Part shown: one piece after another, positions 43,301-54,947 of the stretch
Numbering within the stretch: the stretch's first letter is position 1
Layout: the number at the start of each line of letters is the position of its first letter
DNA from: Balanoglossus misakiensis
Lineage: Eukaryota > Animalia > Hemichordata
Direction: 5' to 3'
Assembly (NCBI GenBank): GCA_040954595.2
Contig: CM082576.2
Span: 11,783,129-11,847,128, forward strand
Length of the DNA stretch: 64,000 bases
Made by a program: the position numbers and the translations under genes
The notes under the pieces: model-generated
Seen by the model: only the letters and a program-made list of their open reading frames with translations
The model's database searches: none
What the model was told of the DNA's origin: nothing

Positions 43301-46300
43301 AAAAAATGACAATTTTTCGACTTTGTGAATTTTCAAAATTTGGCCATTTTTCACAAAAAATCATGGGTTATAGCTCATGAAAATCATCAAAAAATGACAA
43401 TTTTTCGACTTTGCGAATTTTCAAAATTTGGCCATTTTTCACAAAAAATCATGGGTTATAGCTCATGAAAATCATCAAAAAATGACAATTTTTCGACTTT
43501 GCGAATTTTCAAAATTTGGCCATTTTTCACAAAAAAATCATGGGTTATAGCTCATGAAAATCATCAAAAAATGACAATTTTTCGACTTTGCGAATTTTCA
43601 AAATTTGGCCATTTTTCACAAAAAATCATGGGTTATAGCTCATGAAAATCTTCAAAAAATGACAATTTTTCGACTTTGCGAATTTTCAAAATTTGGCCAT
43701 TTTTCACAAAAAATCATGGGTTATAGCTCATGAAAATCTTCAAAAAATGACAATTTTTCGACTTTGCGAATTTTCAAAATTTGGCCATTTTTCACAAAAA
43801 ATCATGGGTTATAGCTCATGAAAATCGTCAAAAAATGACAATTTTTTGACTTTGCGAATTTTCAAAATTTGGCCATTTTTCACAAAAAATCATGGGTTAT
43901 AGCTCATGAAAATCATCAAAAAATGACAATTTTTCGAGTTTGCGAATTTTCAAAATTTGGCCATTTTTCACAAAAAATCATGGGTTATAGCTCATGAAAA
44001 TCATCAAAAAATGACAATTTTTCGACTTTGCGAATTTTCAAAATTTGGCCATTTTTCACAAAAAATCATGGGTTATAGCTCATGAAAATAATCAAAAAAT
44101 GACAATTTTTCGACTTTGCGAATTTTCAAAATTTGGACATTTTTCACAAAAAATCATGGGTTATAGCTCATGAAAATCATCAAAAAATGACAATTTGTCG
44201 ACTTTGCGAATTTTCAAAATTTGGCCATTTTGCACAAAAAATCATGGGTTATAGCTCATGAAAATCATCAAAAAATGACAATTTGTCGACTTTGCGAATT
44301 TTCAAAATTTGGCCATTTTTCACAAAAAATCATGGGTTATAGCTCATGAAAATCATCAAAAAATGACAATTTTTCGACTTTGCGAATTTTCAAAATTTGG
44401 CCATTTTTCACAAAAAATCATGGGTTATAGCTCATGAAAATCTTCAAAAAATGACAATTTTTCGACTTTGCGAATTTTCAAAATTTGGACATTTTCCACA
44501 AAAAATCATGGGTTATAGCTCTTGAAAATCATCAAAAAATGACAATTTGTCTACTTTGCGAATTTTCAAAATTTGGCCATTTTGCACAAAAAATCATGGG
44601 TTATAGCTCATGAAAATCATCAAAAAATGACAATTTGTCGACTTTGCGAATTTTCAAAATTTGGCCATTTTTCATAAAAAAATTATGGGTTATAGGTCAT
44701 GAAAATCATCAAAAAATGACAATTTGTCGACTTTGCGAATTTTCAAAATTTGGCCTTTTTTCACAAAAAATCATGGGTTATAGCTCATGAAAATCATCAA
44801 AAAATGACAATTTTTCGACTTTGCGAATTTTCAAAATTTGGACATTTTTCACAAAAAATCATGGGTTATAACTCATGAAAATCATCAAAAAATGACAATT
44901 TTTCGACTTTGCGAATTTTCAAAATTTGGCCATTTTTCACAAAAAATCATGGGTTATAGCTCATGAAAATCATCAAAAAATGACAATTTGTCGACTTTGC
45001 GAATTTTCAAAATTTGGCCATTTTTCACAAAAAATCATGGGTTATAGCTCATGAAAATCATCAAAAAATGACAATTTGTCGACTTTGCGAATTTTCAAAA
45101 TTTGGACATTTTCCACAAAAAATCATGGGTTATAGCACTTGAAAATCATCAAAAAATGACAATTTTTCGACTTTGCGAATTTTCAAAATTTGGCCATTTT
45201 TCACAAAAAATCATGGGTTATAGCTCATGAAAATCATCAAAAAATGACAATTTGTCGACTTTGCGAATTTTCAAAATTTGGCCATTTTGCACAAAAAATC
45301 ATGGGTTATAGCTCATGAAAATCATCAAAAAATGACAATTTTTCGACTTTGCGAATTTTCAAAATTTGGCCATTTTTCACAAAAAATCATGGGTTATAGC
45401 TCATGAAAATCATCAAAAAATGACAATTTTTCGACTTTGCGAATTTTCAAAATTTGGCCATTTTTCACAAAAAATCATGGGTTATAGCTCATGAAAATCT
45501 TCAAAAAATGACAATTTTTCGACTTTGCGAATTTTCAAAATTTGGCCATTTTTCACAAAAAATCATGGGTTATAGCTCATGAAAACATCAAAAAAATGAC
45601 AATTTTTTGACTTTGCGAATTTTCAAAATTTGGCCATTTTTCACAAAAAATCATGGGTTATAGCTCATGAAAATCATCAAAAAATGACAATTTTTCGACT
45701 TTGCGAATTTTCAAAATTTGGCCATTTTTCACAAAAAATCATGGGTTATAGCTCATGAAAATCATCAAAAAATGACAATTTGTCGACTTTGCGAATTTTC
45801 AAAATTTGGCCATTTTTCACAAAAAATCATGGGTTATAGCTCATGAAAATCATCAAAAAATGACAATTTGTCGACTTTGCGAATTTTCAAAATTTGGACA
45901 TTTTCCACAAAAAATCATGGGTTATAGCTCTTGAAAATCATCAAAAAATGACAATTTGTCTACTTTGCGAATTTTCAAAATTTGGCCATTTTGCACAAAA
46001 AATCATGGGTTATAGCTCATGAAAATCATCAAAAAATGACAATTTTTCGACTTTGCGAATTTTCAAAATTTGGACATTTTTCACAAAAAATCATGGGTTA
46101 TGACTCATGAAAATCATCAAAAAATGACAATTTTTCGACTTTGCGAATTTTCAAAATTTGGACATTTTTCACAAAAAATCATGGGTTATAGCTCATGAAA
46201 ATCATCAAAAAATGACAATTTTTCGACTTTGCGAATTTTCAAAATTTGGCCATTTTTCACAAAAAATCATGGGTTATAGCTCATGAAAATCATCAAAAAA

Positions 46301-49270
46301 TGACTATTTTTCGACTTTGCGAATTTTCAAAATTTGGCCATTTTTCACAAAAAATCATGGGTTATAGCTCATGAAAATCATCAAAAAATGACAATTTTTC
46401 GACTTTGCGAATTTTCAAAATTTGGCCATTTTTCACAAAAAATCATGGGTTATAGCTCATGAAAATCATCAAAAAATGACAATTTTTCGACTTTGCGAAT
46501 TTTCAAAATTTGGCCATTTTTCACAAAAAATCATGGGTTATAGCTCATGAAAATCATCAAAAAATGACAATTTGTCGACTTTGCGAATTTTCAAACTTTG
46601 GCCATTTTTCACAAAAAATCATGGGTTATAGCTCATGAAAATCATCAAAAAATGACAATTTGTCGACTTTGCGAATTTTCAAAATTTGGCCATTTTGCAC
46701 AAAAAATCATGGGTTATAGCTCATGAAAATCATCAAAAAATGACAATTTGTCGACTTTGCGAATTTTCAAAATTTGGCCATTTTTCATAAAAAATTATGG
46801 GTTATAGGTCATGAAAATCATCAAAAAATGACAATTTGTCGACTTTGCGAATTTTCAAAATTTGGCCATTTTTCACAAAAAATCATGGGTTATAGCTCAT
46901 GAAAATCATCAAAAAATGACAATTTTTCGACTTTGCGAATTTTCAAAACTTGGACATTTTTCACAAAAAATCATGGGTTATAGCTCATGAAAATCATCAA
47001 AAAATGAAAATTTTTCGACTTTGCGAATTTTCAAAATTTCTTTATTTAAAAAAAAACATGGGTTATAGCTCATGAAAATCATCAAAAAAATGACAATTTT
47101 GCGACTTAATTATTGTTTCGTTTTTATGTTTTTGTATATTTTACGCATCAAATTTTCATGCACGCGAAATTGTGGAACTGGTGAACATTCGAAAACAATT
47201 GGTCTGAAACTTTAATTAGTTGACATATTTCACTGAGTAATTTATATAACATCATAAATGTATTAAACAATAGAATACTATGCTCTTATAATTCTTGTGA
47301 TATTTCCATTCGTACATTAAGCAGTAATAATCCTACCTTGGAAAACCATTCCAGGTCCAATCATCGCTGCACCCATGTACAGAGTCATCATTGTAATGAA
47401 CAGCAAAGCAGTCGTTATTCTCAGAATGAAGTGGAATCGGAGACTCATATACTTGAAACATTTGAAAAGAAAATAATATGTGCGTTATTCTGTCAGTAAA
47501 GCTAAACGAAAGGTAAATTATGAAACACAGTTGCATACGATGAAATCGAATAAGATATTGACCCACGCGTACGAGGAATGTACCAATTGACAAAATAACA
47601 TTTCACGTTTAATGTTTAGATCGCCATCAGCATATTAGTATCACGCACCTTGTTTAAAACATATTCAAAATCCAGGTACCTTTACTATATAAAACAGACT
47701 ATCACTTCCAAAGCAACACATTTCAGGGAAACCGACATTTACCAGTAAATGTACTCACATTCACGATTATCTAACTATAACGTGTTGCATGTTTCCGACT
47801 ACACTCATTGTAACTCTGTTATATTCCGCTCAACTGCATACGCACATTTATGCAAAACACTTGAATTATGCATGAACGTAACTACCTCGTACACGCTGAT
47901 GATATTAAGTTCCCGGATGACAGGAACGAACGTCAACGCCATGATGGGCGCCGCGATCATCACTCCCACGACACCGATGACAAACTGGATGCCGTAGACG
48001 AAAACTTCGGCGGGAAAGCCCAGCACCGCTATAGCCGACACGAATGATACGAAGTACGATGTTGCAACCGGGAGACAGCTCATACTGCGATTTGCCACCA
48101 AATATCTGAAATGTTCAATTCGTGCAGTAAAATCAGTCAAATTAGTATTACAAAATGAAACGATATTATTTTTGGCGTTTAGGGCGAAAATCAACCATTA
48201 GTTTCGAATCTTACAATACTTGATTTCGATATGGTTATGATTCTAGTTTTACTTAAAAAATGTTTTGGCGTCTTGAACATTAAACGCACAGTGGCTGCAA
48301 CTATGAGTCATTAGTTTGGTTGTCCAAAACTGCGGTTTCTTGGTCTACGCGCAAGGTGAACTGTAATTGCTGAAATTTACTAGTCCGGACTAAAATTCAG
48401 TCGTCAACAACATTGTGAACAATGCTGGTTATACGTAGGCCTATATTGACTGTGATGACATGCCGAAATCTGGGCATGTCAACCTGTTGTATGGAGTAGA
48501 AAAAGAAACTTAAGTGTATGTACACAATAAAAATTCCTGAATTATCAAAGGTTACAATTGCTATTCGTTATACCGCGAGGTGTATGGTTCCATTCATATA
48601 TCACTCTTACACTCGATCTAATTACGTATAATAAATCTGTCATCAATGGGTGTCACTCTGAAGAAAATGGACTAGAATTTTCTAGTTACTAGGGGAATCG
48701 TTTTAAAATCGACATTCAAAATCGAAATGTCTTAACACACCCTATAATTTCCTGCATTGTTCCCGAATACATGCTCTACATAGCGTTTGGTTTATTTCAT
48801 TAATGGTCACTTTAGTAGCTTTCAGGTTGGGGTCACTCGGTCGGTGGAATCGTATGCTTAGCGTTGTTAGGTTGGAGGTCGTCATTTTGATTTGATCTAA
48901 GTTGAAAGTCACAGAAACTCGGAGACAGTCGTCTGTACAGTAGAGCTACTCTGAACAGATTCCAAAATGCCTCTTAGTACTGGCCTGGAGTCGCCCTCTT
49001 TACCGACAGCAAACTACTAGACTGGGTATATACACATACATCCAATAACGAGTCTAAAGACTCGCAGAGTTTGTTTATTAACCACTGAAGGTCACGTTTT
49101 GGCCGATGAAAATCCAGGTGGAGATTTTCTACTTACTGAGAGGTGGTCTTCTGTCCTCCCTTGGCGATAGCGTGGTAGATACCGGTAGCAGCAGAAATCG
49201 CCAACACGCCGACAAAAAGTACCCAGTCGGCCGCGCCAAAAGTATTCAAACTACCAGAGGACGACGCCAT
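19315..49270 (-). CDS. SLC5 sodium:solute symporter, SMVT/SMCT/NIS (SLC5A5/6/8/12) clade, 15 coding exons, ~611 aa
   Basis: Exons 49270-49137, 48105-47886, 47451-47337, 30506-30439, 30160-30006, 29863-29726, 29435-29350, 29213-29166, 28957-28890, 21547-21459, 21158-21016, 20655-20502, 20387-20282, 19990-19851, 19486-19315. All GT-AG, total 1836 nt, open frame. Family motifs: FGAADWVLF..LAIS..TGIY, YLVANRSMSCLPVA.S..VSF.SAI.VLGFPAEVF.YG, TFYTALGGMRAVVWADVFQ, DFNPTVRLSFW, VQRLLAAKSL, PDQ...PGVQGLFISCLFSGALSSISSGLNA, GAFTLGMAYPRAN, YKISFSWYS. Confidence 0.93.
21598..28826. repeat. Tandem array of 14 units of ~502-530 bp with palindromic junctions, filling SLC5 intron 9
   Basis: Anchor GTGAATAAAGAACGG recurs at 22034, 22562, 23091, 23620, 24123, 24652, 25181, 25683, 26213, 26742, 27244, 27773, 28275, 28781. 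Each internal junction has TCTTATTTGCACCGC-T-GCGGTGCAAATAAGA (e.g. 22073-22103). Confidence 0.97.
30541..47106. repeat. 88-bp AT-rich satellite array, ~188 copies, filling SLC5 intron 3
   Basis: Monomer AAAAAATCATGGGTTATAGCTCATGAAAATCATCAAAAAATGACAATTTTTCGACTTTGCGAATTTTCAAAATTTGGCCATTTTTCAC repeated head-to-tail over ~16.6 kb with few variants. Copy number is estimated as length/88. Confidence 0.98.
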
Positions 49271-49869
49271 GACTTCGATCGTGCGCCCAACTTCACCCGA
49301 CTCGCCTTGGCAGCGTTCGTTCACCTGTTGTTATCAACAAATCTTGTCAAGTGTCTACCATTCCGTTAATCCAGAAAGTCCTCCACATGTTTCAGCTGCG
49401 ATCTTAAGTAAACAAATACTGTACCATTGCATTCCTGCCTAAGGTTTTCTTGTTAGTGTAAAGTATATTAGTACCATTTCCAATGGCAGTAATTTCATGA
49501 TGATTGCTATGGTAAATAAGTTTATTGGTTAAGAGAAGATGTCAAAGCAAATGCACGACGACTCTTTGCATTGGAATATTTAGATTCAGAGAGACCAACC
49601 GATGAATTTCGAACGGGAAGCATGACCAGGTTACATACTTTCGTCACCGTAAATGCCCAAGCGCAATAAATAATACACAAATGACAAACAAATATTTCTA
49701 AGTTGCGTCGACGCACGCGTGCAGCCATTATCATATGCTTACATTTTAGAAGATTGGCGTGCCCCCCCCCCCCCCCGCCCATCCTTCTCACGCTGAAGAG
49801 TGCAAGGACATGAGCAAATCTGCGGGCACAAACGTGTCCTTAGCAAACAGCAAGCCACGTTTGTCTTAC

Positions 49870-49982
49870 CTGCAACAGTCAAATATGAAGCAACAAACGA
49901 CGCGTCCACATGCCCCGGCGCTACAGCGACCCCTGAAGATAATTGGCATACCTGGATCACCTTTATAAGCATTCATGAACGC
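49870..49982 (-). other. Candidate 5'UTR exon of the SLC5 gene
   Basis: The first coding exon has an upstream acceptor (aacag| at 49325), so a further upstream exon is likely. This segment is bounded by ctacag| and |GTAAGA, and its ATGs are out of frame with the main ORF. Confidence 0.35.
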
Positions 49983-51504
49983 CTGTAGACAAACAAACAA
50001 TAAATCCTTCAGACGGTCCTGTACATTCGAGTAGGATTTGAAAGATTTCATCCCCGTCAATAGCGACTAAATCGGACTTAAACGCTGGATAGGTAATATG
50101 TTATCCAAGATGCAGGCAAGGGTGAACAACAGAATGACAACCAAATTTATTTGACAGATGAGTTTTGAGAATTTGCCAAACTATTCGTAATAAACTTGTA
50201 TAGTCAAGAGTAGTTTGCTCTTTTCGACCTACCGTGCATTGACGCGCTTGACCAAATGTTTACCGAAATAAGAAAGGCCATAAACGTGCGTGGAGGGACC
50301 GTGCGTAAATACATCATGTGGTAAAGAATCACCTTGAACAATTGCTACTTATGGTGTATAGTTGGATTGGGGGGGGGGGGGTCGCAGTCGACTTAATATG
50401 GCGAACAGACATGCGTACAAGTAATCCTGTCAAAGCAGTTGTTCAGAGCGTTATCTGTATGCATGCTTCCATAGAAACGGCTGGTGATGCGCATCACCTG
50501 ACTGTACGTACGTTCTCCCGGTGCCATGTTTGGCACGAGTATAATCATGTTTGTTTATCCACATGACATATTGTTATTATTATCTAAACTTGAAGACAAA
50601 ATGAAATAATTAGTTGATTATGGATGAGAGATTGGTATTTATTCGATGTGATCTAAGAAGAGGCAGACATTGCAAGGAAGAACCCGGATGACAGATGATG
50701 TGTGTAAGATGTTATTATTTGTCAACAACAGTTGCCATGCTCTATATATAGTCAAGGGAGTACTCGAAAGCGCTTAAACGTGAAAGAGCTTCATCCAAAC
50801 ACTTGTTAAGAGGTCGTATTTTACTCAATTTGACAACCTCTGGGCTGTTTTCTTTTACTATGGTAGAGGTTAAACCCATGCCCATGCATTCTGTCATCAG
50901 ACAAGTTCCGTGTGTCACGGGGTTGCACAGGCAAAGGAGGCCCTATTGCCTTGCGCATTGCTGGAAATGTCAGGTGATGATTTGGGTAAATTGGCATGGT
51001 GAGATGAATAGTGTCCAGTCCCAAGACATGGTAGTTCTGCTACGTCAGATTTCAGCCGCGGCGACAACAGGACAACCTCGGCCTCGTTGCCACCTTTCAC
51101 AATGATCATGCGAAAGGTCATCCAGCTCCCCTTTAAAAGATCAATAAAACAGTCATAACAAGCGAATGCTTGCAATCGAATGATTAAAAGCATATGTATT
51201 CATGAATATTGATTTCCTAATTAAGTTTAGGCATATAACATCAAGAGTCAATTTTGTCATACATTTGCATGTCGGCTTGGTTGGTACAATATATGCTTTA
51301 TTATTTTGTTTTCTCTATAAAACAAACGCAGTTGAGACTAAATTTCCGCGAAGAAGTATTACAAGTACATGTACTTGTGAAATTGGGCGTGGTCGCTTTT
51401 GAAAAGATAATATGTCACATTTGCAATACCCACCGCGGTAACCAACCTTCTATGTTAACACTCTCGCGGGTGTATACCTTTAATATCACACGTTTTCCAT
51501 GGTG

Positions 51505-51619
51505 CTAGGATAGTTTCCCCCTGGACATTTACCAACAAGTCACTTACCTTCACCCTCATTCCTATCCCTAACCCTAAACACTTAACTGATGGTAAATTTC
51601 ACGGGGGTAACCGTCCTAG
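51505..51619. mobile_element. Small MITE-like element with ~30-bp imperfect inverted termini and a telomere-like core
   Basis: Left end CTAGGATAGTTTCCCCCTGGACATTTACCAAC versus reverse complement of right end CTAGGACGGTTACCCCCGTGAAATTTACCATC. The core is CCCTCA-TTCCTA-TCCCTAACCCTAAAC. Confidence 0.55.
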
Positions 51620-51957
51620 TAATTTTCCCTCAGCGTTTGGAGTTCAGTGTTAACACCTACCACTGGGGAGCGACACAATACCGGTGGTCGATAATACTTA
51701 TCCAATTTTCTAACGCAGTCGATTGAGCGCATTATCCAACCGCCTGTCAATTTGTGATGCAATCACGGTTCTCCTATAACTTGTCGTTCATCTACTTCGC
51801 ATGCAATCGATACCTCTCTAGGAAAAAAAGCTTCACTTCATGCGAGGTCGATCGAAAAATATTTTAGCAGTAATCCGATTTCTCTACTCCTCGGTCGACT
51901 CCGATTTCACGCTCTCGCCACGTAGGGACGAAAGTCTCTTATTTTGACCACTAAAGC

Positions 51958-54947
51958 ATGGTTGGGAATTCATTTTACACGGCTATAGCTGTAGCAGCGA
52001 TACTGCTCCTTCGGTTTCAGCAAGGTATGTTAACTTCATTTCTCGCTCTGTTATGAAATACGTTACGTAAGCCTGTATAGGAAAATCACTGCCTAGCTGT
52101 CGGGTGAACGACAAACTCATTCTGGGTGTCTAGGGTGGGGCCGATATCTAAGCTTATACCTCTGTTGCTGAGGCAATATGCCTAAATTCTCAGTACGTGT
52201 TAGAGTATGTTGTCCGGTGCCGGTATCTGTACAACGGATATGTTTATACCTTCTGTATATCTGACGATCATGCAACATGCAAGTGCCGGCAAATTCAATT
52301 ACATTTTTTCCATAATTGCGGGTTTTCTGATTTTCATTCAGGCGGAGAATGCAGCGACGTCGAAGGTGAATTGGTTGAACACCTCCTGGCGAATTACAGC
52401 ACCTACGTTCGTCCGGTGTTGCAGGAAAACAGAACGTTGTTCGTGTATTATCACATCAAGTTGTCCAGACTCTTAAAACTGGTGAGTTGACTTTGCCATC
52501 GTCCCCCAAGCCCCGTACGTGCAATAATAGCATCACCATCATGCAGTTTCATTTTGTGACATGACATCAGGTTTGACTGTCACTGCACTAAACTTACTCC
52601 TACGCTTTCGTTTCTTTCCTCGCCATCGTCGGCTTTACCTAAATGAAATACGTGTACAACCCTGACAAAGGATGAACGTAATCAAATCCTTACAACTGCA
52701 GTTTGGTTAGAGCAGGTGGGTCCATTGTTAATATGAAATTCAATGTATGTATGTATGTATGTATGTATGTATGTATGTATGTATGTGTGTGTGTATGTGC
52801 AGTATACAGTATGTATGTTCAGAACGGTTTCATATATTGAAGATTTTTGCAAAAGAGAAGGGATATCGAGGCTGCCAGGATTCGAACCTGGAATCTTCTG
52901 ATCCGTAGTCAGACGCGTTATCCGTTGCGCCACAGCCCCTTCCGATGAAAGCATAGAGTCTACCAGTAGTTTTATAATAATATGTATGAGTTCCAATGTT
53001 TACAACATGTATTAATAATGTGTTAACATACCATATACTGTTATGATTTTATGATGCAGTTTTGGGTCGACGAATTTCTACAATGGGACCCTGAAGAGCA
53101 CAACAATCTGACCAGAGTCCATATTCCAAGTACACGTATTTGGATTCCAGACACTGTCTTGTACGAGACGTAAGTATAATTACTAGTATTGTAATGGCAT
53201 CCTGAGGTGTGGTAGTTATTCGTCTCCACAGATTGGCGTTCTTCCATAGTACAACTGGATTAATCGTGTTGTGCATTTCCCTGTATATGCGTTGCGTTGT
53301 GTAGCTTTACTGGGGCCTATAGTTCTTCCCTTACCGTGTGCCTTCTTATATATTTCTAGAGCCGACGTCAACAGGGAGCCCGGCACCGGTGTTCTTATGA
53401 CCAACGCTGTCGTTAACTACACGGGCGGCGTTACGTGGGCAGCGCCCGCAATTTTCACAAGTTCCTGCAAGATGGACATCACGTACTTCCCGTTTGACAA
53501 ACAGCAGTGCGTGATGACGTTTGGACCGTGGACCTATACTGGTAACTTAGTACAGATGAAAATGGTGTTCCGTAAGTGTAGTTCAACTTTCCGTGATTAC
53601 TGCTACGTGAAAGTGAACCACAAGCATGTCCGTTGATACCGTGTGGTAGATAATAGGTTTCGTAAAAGAGCTCGATTCATCCACACCTCACTTTGTTGCG
53701 CAATGATGTCACCAACAATCAATTTTAGATTGTTTTCGATCCATACTGGTGATGCATTTGGTTATGTATAACTTGACGTTTTCAACCACAGTTCTAATTT
53801 TGTGTTATTTTTTTGGCTTGTTGCCCTCAGCGACCGGAGATACCTCCATGATGACTCCCAGTGGACAGTGGCAGCTGTTGTCGATGCCAGTGGTGGAAAA
53901 TCTGAAATACTACGGGTGCTGCCCCCAACCGTTCTCGGATATAACGTTCACCATTAATCTGCAGAGGAAGGCCCTCTTCTACGTCTTCAACCTGTTTGGC
54001 CCGGCCGTCTTCTTGTCGTTCGTGTCGCTGTTGGGCTTCTACATGCCCGGCGATTCCGGGGAGAAAGTTGGTCTGAACATCACCGTCATGCTGTCGCTGG
54101 TCTTCTACCTGCTGCTCGGTGCACAACTTCTGCCGCCAACGTCGGAGACGTTCGCAATGATAGGTAAATGAGATTGCATGTATACTCTAAAGAACAGGCG
54201 CGTATTACTTGCACCACAATGAAATGGAGAACAAAACAGATCGATTTAGATTGACAGACTGAATGCGATGGTGGATGGTCGTGCATTCAAAGCATTTTCA
54301 TTGAACTTTGGAGCAAATATTCATAATTATAAATGACACTGTCCTTTCTGTTCATTTCAGCGCAATATTTTTCAGTCGTCATCGTCTTGATGTCGTTCGA
54401 AACGGCCGTATCCGTGGTGGTCCTCAACCTCCACCACCACGACCCGGAAGTGGATCCTCCCAAGTGGGCTCGCTGGCTGATACTGCAGAAATTCGGGTCC
54501 GTCCTACTGCCCCGCCTCAAAGACGACGCGTGCGTCGAAGAGAGCGGAGTGCGCGCGCAGTCGTCGTCTGACAAGGATCCGATGTTGCACGATGGCGCTG
54601 GCGGCAACGACTTCTCCGTGATGTCGGCCATGAATTCGGCCGCTGTCGGCGAGAGCTTGATCAAAAAGCTGCAGTTGGAGAACGCCTCTTGCGATCTGAG
54701 AAACGGAAAGTCAGATTCTGGCTCGGATGCAGGCAGCGCGTCGGACATTGGCAAGAGCGTATTGACCATCGGAAACTTCATGGAGCGGATCGTGTCAAGG
54801 GCTAGGCGCACTGACCTGCTGAGCCAAACCCAACAGGACTGGATCGAAATGGGGATTGTCATCGAGCGGTTCTTATTATTGGTACTTTTAATAGTATTTG
54901 TGATTATTTTCATCGTTTTCCTGCTGAGAATGGTTTACAATGTATAA
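51958..54947 (+). CDS. Nicotinic acetylcholine receptor alpha-type subunit (Cys-loop cation channel, alpha7/9/10-related), 7 exons, ~497 aa
   Basis: Exons 51958-52024, 52342-52481, 52671-52715, 53060-53169, 53360-53571, 53831-54163, 54361-54947 (GT-AG, phase-consistent). Features: signal peptide, YSTYVRPV, DERNQILTT.VWL.Q.W.DEFLQWDP, IWIPDTVLY, Cys-loop CKMDITYFPFDKQQC, FGPWTY, loop C YYGCCPQPFSD with vicinal Cys, TM1-3 with SGEKV, and C-terminal TM4 after W..MGIVIERF. Confidence 0.95.
52745..52792. repeat. (GTAT)n/(GT)n microsatellite in nAChR intron 3
   Basis: About 10 GTAT units followed by a short GT run. Confidence 0.9.
52867..52939 (-). tRNA. tRNA-Arg (anticodon ACG)
   Basis: Minus strand GGGGCTGTGGCGCAACGGATAACGCGTCTGACTACGGATCAGAAGATTCCAGGTTCGAATCCTGGCAGCCTCG, 73 nt. 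Paired acceptor stem, A box TGGCGCAACGG, anticodon loop CT-ACG-GA, B box GGTTCGAATCC, and a TTTT run ~13 nt downstream. Closely matches the conserved metazoan tRNA-Arg-ACG. Confidence 0.96.

Noticed and set aside
30525-47113. Possible AATTAT target-site duplication flanking the 88-bp array
   Set aside because: A 6-bp AT-only match in AT-rich flanks is expected by chance, and the boundaries are ambiguous.
19315-49270. Idea that the SLC5 next to the nAChR is the high-affinity choline transporter (SLC5A7), forming a cholinergic locus
   Set aside because: Motifs (GGMRAVVWADVFQ, PAEVFVYG, SSISSGLNA) match the SLC5A5/6/8/12 clade, not the CHT1-type GGLYSVAYTD motif.
51051-51075. RE1/NRSE-like site upstream of the nAChR gene
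   Set aside because: Only the TTCAGC start matches, with too many mismatches to the 21-bp consensus.
54287-54913. 208-aa minus-strand ORF
   Set aside because: Antisense shadow of the GC-rich last nAChR exon.
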